This document shows positions 35,397-46,778 of a DNA stretch of 64,000 nt, piece after piece. The notes under the pieces are model-generated. The model did not search any database. It was given only the letters and a program-made list of their open reading frames with translations, and was not told where the DNA came from. A program made the translations under genes and the position numbers. Position 1 is the first letter of the stretch; each line of letters starts with the position of its first letter. The stretch comes from Oopsacas minuta (Eukaryota; Animalia; Porifera): assembly GCA_024704765.1 (NCBI GenBank), contig JAKMXF010000319.1:285791-349790 (forward strand), written 5' to 3'.

Positions 35397-36662
35397 ATGG
35401 CTAGCGTAGAAGTGAAAAGAAAATTTATCGAACAAGTAAAAGAGAGTAGAAGTAAGATTAGAGACTGCTTCAAGAAGTCACATGAAGCTCTACAACTCAG
35501 AGAGAGTATCCTCCTCTCTCGTATTGATGAAATCGAGAAAGAATATAATATCAAAAATGAGGAAATGCAGGAGTTATTGGAAGCTTTGAATAAATCAAAA
35601 TCGTTAATTACAGACACTCTGACTTCTAATAAACTTAAAGCCACTCATCGAGGGATAGAATCACTAATCAATAACCAGATCGAGGAACTATCAGCTGATA
35701 CAGACAGTAGTATTTTGTTTGAATGGAACAATCAATTCGAAGCTGACATAGGACAGCTAGGGGCTATTACGCTTAACGGTCAGACTGACAACCCTCACTC
35801 TCGCACCTTTCCTCCTCAAGTGAAGCCTGTTGTACCTGACTACAAGGCTAAACAGCTGCCTACTGCTTACTGGTGTAAGAAATCTACAGACAAGAAAGCT
35901 CCAGGAGAACTTAATTGTCCCAGTGGTATAGCAATACATTACCAAACTGGAAATATTTACATAGCGGATTGTGGCAACCATCGTATACAAGTATTTAGCA
36001 GCAACGGAGACTATCTCTTCATGTTCAGTGAGAAGATGAACCTTCCAGTAGGTATCTGTATATCTCAGAATAACGTGTTTGTTACACAATGGAGTTATCA
36101 TTGCATTAATACGTACGAGCTAGAAGGGAAATTCATCAAGAGTGTTGGTAGTCAGGGGAATGGAGAAGTTCAGTTCAACTTCCCACGGGGTCTAGATGTC
36201 TCTGATAGAGATAGCAATGTGTATGTATGTGATTGTCATAATGACCGAGTTCAAATCTTAACTCAAGAACTCAATTTCCATTCCATGCTAGGAATAGACT
36301 TGTTTGTGTATCCACGTGATGTTAAGGTTACAAGAGATAGAGTATTGGTGCTAGATGCGAGTGATCTATGTATGTTTGTGTTCAATTCAGAACATGTTCT
36401 AACTAACAGACTGATAACTAGAGGTGGTGGCAAACAAACAATCAATCCATTATGTTTCGACATAGACAGAGATTATAACATCATTATGAGTGACTATGAT
36501 AGTCACTGTCTGTACGTATTTAATCAGGAGGGAGAACAGATACACAAGTTTGGGAAGGAAGGTCAGGGTATCGGGGAGTTCTATCGTCCCTGGGGAATAG
36601 CATTAGACAACACAGGACACATAGTTGTGTGTCAGAAGAATAATTGTCTCCAATTCTTCTAA
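35397..36662 (+). CDS. Coiled-coil + NHL-repeat protein, array copy 5 (421 aa)
   Basis: Intact paralogue; same two-codon deletions as copy 2. Confidence 0.92.
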   Translation: MASVEVKRKFIEQVKESRSKIRDCFKKSHEALQLRESILLSRIDEIEKEYNIKNEEMQELLEALNKSKSLITDTLTSNKLKATHRGIESLINNQIEELSADTDSSILFEWNNQFEADIGQLGAITLNGQTDNPHSRTFPPQVKPVVPDYKAKQLPTAYWCKKSTDKKAPGELNCPSGIAIHYQTGNIYIADCGNHRIQVFSSNGDYLFMFSEKMNLPVGICISQNNVFVTQWSYHCINTYELEGKFIKSVGSQGNGEVQFNFPRGLDVSDRDSNVYVCDCHNDRVQILTQELNFHSMLGIDLFVYPRDVKVTRDRVLVLDASDLCMFVFNSEHVLTNRLITRGGGKQTINPLCFDIDRDYNIIMSDYDSHCLYVFNQEGEQIHKFGKEGQGIGEFYRPWGIALDNTGHIVVCQKNNCLQFF

Positions 36663-37216
36663 CTGCCTGAAGAATTCTTTATAATTTGTACTAATTAGTG
36701 AAATAGTTTATTGTTTATAATTTTGTTTACTTTATTGATAATGATTATTTCCAGTTTTGTATAGTTTATCTTATCTAAAGTGAAAGTTAATTGTGTTGAG
36801 GAAAAATGACATAAAAATAGGTTAAGATTGTCGGTACAGGTTCTAATTTTAGATTTTTTGGCTTAAGATATTCTTTAGTTTGGCATTGGCTATGGTTTTG
36901 GTATTTCAATTTCCTATTCATTTACTTGTCTATCTAGTATATAACTAGGAGAAATTGTAGCTTGCATTACTTTCAATTACACACAATTCATGGAATTATA
37001 CACTCCCTCCCTATGAGGCTATGTCATGCATTTGTAATAGAAGTATGATACTTTGATCACTACCCTCTCTGGATTCAAGACATTATCAAATGTTTTGACA
37101 ATACGAACTATCTGATTACTGTAGAACTCGTATAAGACCCCTTAGGAAAAACCAATTTTGTTGTTACTCTCCGTGTTCTACTCCATTTAGTTATTTTCCT
37201 GCTCCAGTTCAAGATA

Positions 37217-37924
37217 CAGTGAAACCTCTGGAATCGAGGCATGTGTGATACTGTGAAAATTTCTGACGCCCCGATTGTGGAAATTCCCCGATTGTGGATT
37301 TCTGTGTGGTATTGTGTCAAAATCACCATTTTCCGTATTTATGTAGTTCATATTATGTCATACTATTGTTTCGTATTGCTAGTCACACCTTAACGTTATA
37401 ACATTTCATTCAGCTCCATATTGGTTATCCTGAACACCATGTCATCACTGCAAAGGCTGCCACCCAGGCTCTCCTCGACCTGGAGATATACTTTCAGGAT
37501 CTGGGGAAGCAGGTCGACGCTGAGTGGTGCGCAGTACACGCTTACGAGGTCAGAAAGGTGGCAGAAAAGCATCAGAAGCAGACAAAGATTAGTCAATTCT
37601 TCTCCCAATGTTGGTGTATGTTCTGTGTAGCACATATTTACCCACAGAGGCGGATTGAATTGATTTCTTATACACTTACGTAGCATTTATATTGTATTAT
37701 ATTCCAAAGTTATTTCGCAAATACAAATTTATTGAGTTGATATCAGTATTGATGCCCCGATTGCGGAGGGGATTTTAGTATTATTTCTATGCGAGCTGAA
37801 AGAATTAGATTTTCAGAGTTTGCTCCGATTCCCCGATTGTCGCTCTTTCCCCGGTTCCAGAGGTTCATTTGTATGGGAAATTATTTCGCGAATTTCTCGT
37901 GCCGTGATTTCAGAGGTTGTACTG
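37217..37924 (+). mobile_element. pogo-derived MITE, unit 5
   Basis: TA|cagtgaaacctctggaatcgaggca .. gatttcagaggttgtactg|TA. Confidence 0.7.
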
Positions 37925-37934
37925 TATCTATATT

Positions 37935-40900
37935 CGATTATATAAATATTTATAGCTTAACTATACTATTGTACATTCCTATTTTCTGTACTATTTCTAT
38001 GGTACAGTTTTATTAGTGAATATTTGATTTGATAAAGATATATAATAATAACAAATACAAATAAACTAAACAAATAAACACACATCTAACTTCATATTAT
38101 TGTCATGCTATAGGTATCATTTCCTGTCACTTTCAAAAACATTCTTGTTAAAATGAACTTCCATGACGATTATCTTCCCTTAATTAATCAGCTGAACTAT
38201 CAAATACACTCAGAATATTATACAATGCCATTTCCTAATAATGATTTTCAGACATACCTACCAGCTGTGAGGTCACTTTTTGTGCCACAATTTCCATTTC
38301 AATCGAATGAAATAGAAGAAACACAACATTTATCAAAATCGTGTGAGTTATTCTCATATTCTGACTACAACTATCCAAACATCGGGATGTCTGCTCATTC
38401 AACAATACGACTAGCTGAACAGCCCACAGAAGAATCGGATACTGATCTAAACAGCACACCAATAGAGAGTGCTAATAGTATGCAAACATTTCAACTGAAG
38501 AACACCGTCGGCACTGTTGATGACATTTTGAGAATAAGAAAGGTTTGTTTACCAGAGCACATGCCCCATGGACCATGGAAGTCTGCTGACGAAGCAAAGG
38601 CGAACCTTGACTCATGGGCCTACAATCTTCACGTCGATGGAGGGCGTTTAGCTTAATTTGGGGAGGACAGATATATGCTACTAGCAAGAAGGGGTTTTAA
38701 TAAGTGTTAGTTTGTCAAAGAAGTGGAAAGACTGTGTTAACAGGGGAAAAGAGGAGAACTTCTACGCTTAAATGTGGTTGTACATTTAGAATTAGGATTG
38801 ACAGTTGTGTTGAAGGATGGATCATTGCTGGTGGCCACTTGGAACATACAGGTCATGATTTGGTGGTGAATCATGGAGCCAGTTTGGCGCAGGCATCTCT
38901 AAGGTTCATTCCTAAAGAACTAATAGAACTCTGAGAAAAGCTCAAACATGCGGGATTTTCTGCATCCAAGATTAACTAAGCTTTAGAAAGTGAAGCTTAC
39001 AGACGTGCTCTACCCATATCCTGGAAATATAATGATATTTGTAAAGAATGTTCCCCTAGTGTAGAAGAAAGAATTCTGGATGCAACCAATTTTACAGAAT
39101 TTTTCCATTCACACCAAACTAATTATGGATTGTATTATAATTTGAATACAGATTCAGATGGTTCTCTCAATAAAGTATTTGGGTTCTCAAGGAAGCATAG
39201 AACAGTGGTCTGAAAATTTAGGGAACAATCCAGTTTTCTATGATACATCTCATGGGACGATCAAATATGGACTTAAGTTTGGAGCTTTTACAACCACCAA
39301 TGCCTATGGACAAATGATCATTCTTGCTTGTTCTCTTCTATCAAACGAAACCGAAGAATCTTTTGAATTGGATTTTTGGCGAATTTGTTGTTTCGTTTCC
39401 CAAACCTCCAAATGTCATATTGACAGATGGTGACCTTGGTATGGCAGCTACAATACAAAATGTTCGAACTACTACTACACATCTATTGTATACTTTTCAC
39501 CTCTCTCAAAATATCCTTACACATATTAAACCAATTCTAAGTAAGAGAAACGACCCGAAACTAAATTGGAACAATTTTGTTAAATCCTGGTGGTCGATTT
39601 GCAAGAAGCAGGATGCACTTTCATGCACGGATTTTGAATTAGATAGGAATCGATTAATTGACATAATTGATTCTAACAAAGATTCATTGACTGCAAAAAC
39701 GTACAAAGACATAAAAAGGTGACTCGATGTTTGATATGACAGACGTAAACAGTGTGCTGCTAGATGGACTTGGGCTTATTTAACTTTAGGAATACATTCA
39801 ACCCAGAGAGCAGAAGCAGTTCACTCGGCAATTAAGCATTTTCTAACCAGATATACACTATTGACTGAACTTGCGAAACAAATGGATGAGTATCGACAGA
39901 CTATTTCTGAAAGAGGTGAAGGAAAAGCAACACGAGCTATACTTAGAAATGATACTGGAATTCATTCAGATTTCTTATCCCAGCATCCCATTGTAGCATA
40001 TTTAAGAGAACATTAGAGCCCATTTGCTTATGACTTAGCCAAAGCACAGATGATAAGATCTATGAATTACTCAATCGAGAAATCTTTTCAAGTAGAGAAT
40101 TCATCGGAGAATGAAGAAAATAGTAGCATCGGATAATCTCAATCACCAAGAAGTCATTCTCAATGAGCAGTTAAACGCAGCTGATCTAGGACTTATGTCA
40201 TAAACAATAATTCAAAATGAAGTTTTATTGAGACGTACAAGAACCATAAATTGTTGTTGTCTCTTTCCAACTTGCTGGGAATCCCTTGCCGTCACATTTT
40301 CCGCATTTACTTAGATAATAGCCTGAACCATATGCCCAATGAAGCAATTAGCATATTTTCGTATAAAAAAATAAGCAGCAAAAGAATGAAATTCTCAACC
40401 AACTACTTTCTTCAAAACAGATTATAGTTCCAATAGTGTCAACAAACACATCTAAAACCAAAGATGAATGCTATGAAATATTAATGGCAGAATGTAAAGA
40501 CGGCGCACGAATCGCTTCTCAAACTCCTGAAAGTGCTAAGAATGTTCAGTTAGAGCTAAGAAAAATGTTCACCTGTTTGCTCGAGCCGAATGAAGGCACT
40601 AACTTAGCATCAAACCGCAATATAGTTAAGAAACAAATAATAGTTTCCAATCCTAAAAAGACACCTGGTCGTGTACAACCCTCTCAAAAACCAAAGAAGG
40701 GTCATCGCGAGACTGCAAAAAAGTAGATAATAGCATGAATGCAAATATACTTGTGATACCGGTTAACATAAAAGAAAGAAATATACATCAAATGAATTTT
40801 GGACCTGAAGAATAAAGAATAATAAATAATTCAATAATTTGATAAGATAATCCATTATCCTTTAACCTGAATTAGTTAACTTGGTCTTAAAGTTAAAACT

Positions 40901-40967
40901 GTACTATAGTATAGTACAGAAAATAGGAATGTACTATAGTAGAGTTAAGCTAAATATAAGTTATCTC
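37935..40967 (+). mobile_element. FAR1-like MULE (Mutator) transposon, decayed, with about 75-bp TIRs
   Basis: WRKY/GCM1-type finger (VCQRSG..KCGC..HLEHTGH), MULE core (FYDTSHGTIKYG, ILTDGD, LLYTFHLSQN, STQRAEAVH), SWIM finger; TIR agcttaactatactattgtacattcctattttctgtac mirrored at about 40895-40967. Confidence 0.78.
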
Positions 40968-41201
40968 TTAATAGAATATCAAACTTTAAATAATCCACTA
41001 AAGTTAATTTGGTGAAATTCAGCCTGAACAGACGGTGATTTTAGATTTTATTAGAAATATCTCTTTTGTGTAAATTTGATATTCCTTACAGGAAGATGGT
41101 TATTATATATTAGGCATTATTTGTATGTTTATACATTACTCAAATTACAACTAAATATTTGTGGATATTATTCAGAATTATCAAATTGAACAGACAAAGA
41201 A

Positions 41202-42473
41202 ATGGCTAGCGTAGAAGTGAAGAGAAAGTTTATCGAACAAGTAAAAGAGAGTAGAAGTAAGATTAGAGACTGCTTCAAGAAGTCACATGAAGCTCTACAA
41301 CTCAGAGAGAGTATCCTCCTCTCTCGTATTGATGAAATCGAGAAAGAGTATAATATCAAAAATGAAGAAATGCAGGAGTTATTGGAAGCTTTGGATAAAT
41401 CAAAATCATTAATTACAGACACTCTGACTTCTAATAAACTTAAAGCCACTCATCGAGGAATAGAAATACTAATAAATAAACAGATCGAGGAACTATCAGT
41501 CGATACAGACAGAAGTATTGAGTTTGAATGGAACAGTCATTTCGAAGCTGACATAGAACAGCTAGGGAGTATTATGCTTAACGGTCAGACTAACAAACCT
41601 CCCACTCACACCTTCCCTCCTCAAGTGAAGCCTGTTGTACCTGACTACAAGGCTAAACACCTTCCTACTGCTTACTGCTGTAAGAAATCTACAGACAAGA
41701 AAGCTCCAGGAGAGCTGCACGGTTCCAGAGGTATAGCAATACATTACCAGACTGGAAATATTTACATAGCGGATTGTGACAACAATCGTGTACAAGTATT
41801 TAGCAGTAACGGAGACTATCTCTTCATGTTCAGTGAGAAGATGTACTACCCATGGGGAATCTGTATATCTCAGAATAAATTGTTTGTTACACAATTCTAT
41901 GCTAATTGCATTAATAAGTACGAGCTAGAAGGGAAACTAATCAAGAGTGTTGGTAGTGAAGGGAATGAAGAAGCTCAGTTCAATTATCCACTGGGTCTAG
42001 ATGTCTCTGATAGAGATAGCAATGTGTATGTATGTGATTTCTATAATCATAGAGTTCAAATCTTAACTCAAGAACTCAAGTTCCATTCCATGCTAGGAAT
42101 AGACTTGTTTGTGTATCCACGTGATGTTAAGGTTACAAGAGACAGAGTATTGGTGCTAGATAACAGTGATCCGTGTATGTTTGTGTTCAATTCAGATCAC
42201 GTTCTAACCAACAGACTGATAACTAGAGGTGTTGGCAAACAAACAAACGATCCAAACTGTTTCGACATAGACAGAGACCATAACATCATTATGAGTGACT
42301 ACTATAACCACTGTGTGTGCGTATTTAGTCAGGAAGGAGAACAGATTCACAAGTTTGGGAAGGAAGGTCAGGGTATCGGGGAGTTCAGTTACCCATGGGG
42401 AATAGTACTAGACAACACAGGACACATTGTTGTTGTGTGTGAGAAGAATACTAATTGTCTCCAATTCTTCTAA
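41202..42473 (+). CDS. Coiled-coil + NHL-repeat protein, array copy 6
   Basis: Intact 423-aa paralogue. Confidence 0.92.
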   Translation: MASVEVKRKFIEQVKESRSKIRDCFKKSHEALQLRESILLSRIDEIEKEYNIKNEEMQELLEALDKSKSLITDTLTSNKLKATHRGIEILINKQIEELSVDTDRSIEFEWNSHFEADIEQLGSIMLNGQTNKPPTHTFPPQVKPVVPDYKAKHLPTAYCCKKSTDKKAPGELHGSRGIAIHYQTGNIYIADCDNNRVQVFSSNGDYLFMFSEKMYYPWGICISQNKLFVTQFYANCINKYELEGKLIKSVGSEGNEEAQFNYPLGLDVSDRDSNVYVCDFYNHRVQILTQELKFHSMLGIDLFVYPRDVKVTRDRVLVLDNSDPCMFVFNSDHVLTNRLITRGVGKQTNDPNCFDIDRDHNIIMSDYYNHCVCVFSQEGEQIHKFGKEGQGIGEFSYPWGIVLDNTGHIVVVCEKNTNCLQFF

Positions 42474-42810
42474 CTGACTGAAGAATTCTTTATAATTTGT
42501 ACTATTTAGCGAAATAGTTTATTGTTTATAATTTTGTTTACTTTATTGATAATGATTATTTCCAGTTTTGTAGAGTTTATCTTATCTAAAGTGAAAGTTA
42601 ATTGTGTTAAGGAAAAATGACATAAAAATAGGTTAAGATACTTTGATTACTACCCCCTCTGGATTCAAGACATTATCAAATGTTTTCATAATATGTAGTA
42701 TCTGATTGATGTAGAACTCGTATAAGACGCACCCCCTTAGGAAAACCAATTTAGTTGTTACTATCCGAGTTCTACTCCATTAAGATATTTCCCTGCTCCA
42801 GCTCAAGGTA

Positions 42811-43510
42811 CAGTGAAACCTTTGGAATCGAGGCATGTGTGATACTGTGAAAATTTCTGACGTCCCGATTGTGGATTCAGTGTGGTATTGTGTCAAAATC
42901 ATCATTTCCGTATATATGTACTTCATATTATGTCATACTATTGTTTCGTATTGCTAGTCGCACTGTAACGTTAAAATATTTCATTCTGCTACATATTGCT
43001 TATCCTGAACACCACGTCATCACTGCAAGGGCTGCTACCCAGGCTCTCCTCGACCTGGAGATATTCTTTCAGGATCAGGGGAAGCAGTTCGACGCTGAGT
43101 GGTGCGCACTGCGCAGTACACGCTGACGAGGTCAAAAAGGTGGCAGCAGAAAAGCTTCAGAAGTCGACAAGGACTAGCCAATTCTTCTCGCAATGGTAGT
43201 GTAGGTTCTGTGTAGCACATGTTTACCCTCAGAGGCGGATTGAATTGATTTCTTGTTCACTTATGTTGCATTTATATTGTGTTATATTCGATAGTTATTG
43301 CGAAAATAAACATTTATCGATTTGATTTCAGTATTGATGCTCCGATTGCGTAGGGGATTTTAGTATTATTTCTATGCGAGCTGAAAGAATTAGATTTTCA
43401 CGGTTTGCTCCGATTCCCAGATTGTCGCTCTTTCCCCGATTGCAGAGGTTCATTTGTATGAGAAAATATTTTCGCAAAATTCAAGTGCCCCGATTCCAGA
43501 GGTTTCGCTG
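42811..43510 (+). mobile_element. pogo-derived MITE, unit 6 (complete, 700 bp)
   Basis: TA|cagtgaaacctttggaatcgaggca .. tgccccgattccagaggtttcgctg|TA. Confidence 0.75.
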
Positions 43511-43941
43511 TAATGAGCATTGGTTATTTTCTGTGCTAACTAATAATAATATTCTTCGACCATTTCAGAATTGCAATTATTTTGTTTTATTCTTATTCGT
43601 CTTTGTAACTAAGATATTCTTGTAAATCGATGTCATTCAATCTCCATAAATGAATCTTATTCACGCTTATTCTCTGCTTTATAACTAAAAATAGTTATTT
43701 TATACATCAGAGTAATTATATTATAGTTTAATATACTTTTAGTATTCAATATGGTAAATGGTTGGATACTTTTGTCCTTTAACTGTATGTATGTTTTGGC
43801 TCTGCTGTTCACACCTTTTGAGATTAAGACACCAAATTTAGCATGTATACTCGTAGTGACATCTAGTTCTGCATCTGTCATTTGGAATTTTTCGAATGTG
43901 TTTATTTCACACCTCTGTATTTTATCCCAATCAGATTGTAA

Positions 43942-46778
43942 GCGGGCCGGATTAAGCATCTTGCGGACCCTGTCCGCTACCTTTCGTTCAGGCCTTTCCT
44001 TGACAACGGATAAACAAACACAAAAATACAGATTTAATAATATAGATTCTTATTTTTTTTACGAATTTTTTGATCCACAAATTTAAAGACTATTTCTTTG
44101 TCGTCGGTTTCTTCCAATAGCTCCCGCTCAATCGTAATCATTGCTACATCAGTGAATCGGTCCTCTGACATTGATGTGCGTAGTACATTTTGTATATGTT
44201 TCATGTAGTTAAAACATCGTTTATCAGTCGCTACCGCGCACATGATAATCAAACAAATTCGCAATGCTATGGTGACATTGGGAAATACGCTGTCGATGCT
44301 ATGGTTGCACAAATAGAGATATACACCGCCGAAGCTTAGACGATTATCATCACCGAGATTCCTAGAAGTACACTTTATTCTCAGCTCTTCCCTAGGCACA
44401 ACTGACATGAAAATACGATAATGTATGACCTCCTCAATAATTTAATGGACGTCTTTGAGGTGTTTAGGATATTTGTATATCAAATGTTGAACCTCTCAAC
44501 AACTTCTTCTTTTGGGGCGGTCGCACATAAATTAATCAGAAAGCCAAACAATGAGTAGACATCCTTGTAGACCTCTGTACGACGAATCAGTTCCACAATG
44601 AGGAGGTCTATAATTGGTAGAAATACATTGATCCTGAATGAATCAATTTTGCTGGTTGAATGTTAACCTTGATGTCTACAGCTCCCTCGGGAAGGATCTT
44701 TTCTTTCCTTTTGCGAAATATTATTTGTATCCAACAGAATCGCAGTGAAGCGTTCCCTCAATGACTTGAAGTATCCAACCAATGAATTTAGGAGATATGA
44801 TGTTGCACTAAGGTCTAATGAAGCATCTTGAAGGCATTTGTTGACGCTGTTGATTCGATGCAGTATTTGATTCCACAATTCTTTAAGAAGTGGGGTATCC
44901 CAGATGGACAGTGTACCAGATAGATTTTCAGCTTCATGTCGAGTAGATGGCTTTTGTTGCAAGTCGTTTGCAATTTCCTGCAATGCTTCGTCCAGCTGAT
45001 CATAACCTTCTTTCAAAGCACTTATCACCTGAGCGTGCACTGACCATCGCGTATCAGCGAGATTCTTTGGTTCTAGTTTATATCCAAGGTGATCGGTCAA
45101 TACTTTCCATCGGAGGGGCATGTTCAAGAACTTTCTTTTGCATTCCGTTATATTTGCCAGACATATTTGCAGCGTTATCGTAGCACTGTCCCCTCATGCC
45201 TCCAAAGTCAATTCCTAGTCTATGAAGTAATTCGAGTGTTACATTTGTAAGTGAGTGCCCAGTGTATGAGAAAATGGGGATGAAGGTAAGAAAGCGTTCT
45301 ACAGGTTCATGTAGATGGGGGTGAATATAACGGATCACGACCACAAGCTGGTCTACATGACTGATATCTGGGCTTGAGTCAACACTGATGGAGTAATATT
45401 TTGCCTTTTTTACTTCAGCTACGATCGTATCAGTTGGTTTCTCTGCGATCACAGCGATGAACTCATCATCAATAGTGGAAGATAAATATGATACACTCCC
45501 GCGCCCTTTGTTCGCGTATTTGGCGATGTGACCAGCAATGAATGCATCGAACTTTGCAAGAAGCTTTCAGTGTGTTAATATAGTTGCCTGAGTTAATACT
45601 ATTATGTATATCTCTCATCGGTTCCGCGGAAAGCCAATCCGTTGGATCCAAGGAATTTTACTACAGCAATTACTCTCTTTGGAACCTGTGACCAATAAAC
45701 ACGTTTAAACTCTATAGAGATGTTCAATTCACTGTTAATGTGACCATGTTGACTTTTTCGCGTAATCAGATCGAGAGTATATCGGCGATGATAGAGAGAG
45801 TTTTCATGACATTTTATTCGGTCGAAGTGTCTCTAGTCATTGAAGCCTTGTACGAAGGAATTGTTGGATTGTTTCGATGTAGTCGACATACTAGTGCATT
45901 GGAAGCAGTATACATTACCCGACAACGGTGAGTAGCAGAGCCATTCACGCTTGCCCAATTCGTCATTTGCATGTTCAAAATGAGCATTTTGTTCTGAAAA
46001 TATCTGGACTCACCATTATTGTATACCCTCCTCTTCAATGCCGGATAACTCGTTGAGCGGTTGTGCGCAGCAGCAGTGCCTAGTCGAATTAGCTGGTCTG
46101 TCATTTCTGGGGCAGAATTTAGCGATTCACGCCAAGTTGACGGATCTTTCAAATGTATAGACAATTGAGATATTACGAGAGGAGGTGAACTGTCTTCTCC
46201 AGCAGAAATATTAAGCTCCTCATGTACCTGCTGCAATTGTCCAAGACCATTATTAGATTGTGTTGGTGCGGAATAAGTTGTCAAGTTTTGGAAGCTTTGA
46301 TATATAACCCTCTGTGGAAGTAGCAGCATCTCGTTTCTGCGGCCCACTTTTGTGTTTGTAGGAAGACATCGAATCAAAAATATAGCAAAGACAACTTATT
46401 AAGGAAAGTATCAAAATATACAAATAATTTGTAATAGTAGGAAATGATGATTAGTTATTAATAAACAACTATAATATGTTATCACCATTTCACCTTAGTT
46501 AATTCATAGAGTTCATTGTTGACAAATTAATATCCAACCTTAAGAATAAGGAATTAGTCTTATGAATTGAAAATACAAAGAAAGACAATTCCATTATGAG
46601 CAATTAGCTAATAATTGAAGTGGACAAGGTAAGTAAACTAAAACATCTAAAAGATTACCTAAACCCGGCCCGGATCTGCGATTAGGTAAATATTCACTGG
46701 TTTGGAGACCCTGCGGCCCCCAAACCAGTCCAAGTCCTGTGCGATCGCACATTCCGCATGTGCAGTAATCCAGCCCTG
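43942..46778 (-). mobile_element. hAT transposon (ZMYM1-like), near full length but decayed
   Basis: TIR gggccggatta / taatccagccctg; TSD gattgtaa / gattgtag versus empty site cagattgtagggtt; SVDSSPDISHVDQL, GQCYDNAANMSG, LADTRW, dimerisation domain CAVATDKRCF..LRTSM. Confidence 0.85.

Noticed and set aside
9134-41894. Recurrent antisense ORFs (MALSLLEVRV.., MCNKH..) opposite every NHL copy
   Set aside because: Shadows of the duplicated sense CDS; lengths vary among copies and there are no recognisable domains.
9168-42473. Diversity-generating retroelement-like mechanism for NHL variation
   Set aside because: No reverse transcriptase or template repeat in the window, and changes are not confined to adenines (e.g. 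ata/ttt/tgg/tat/gta).
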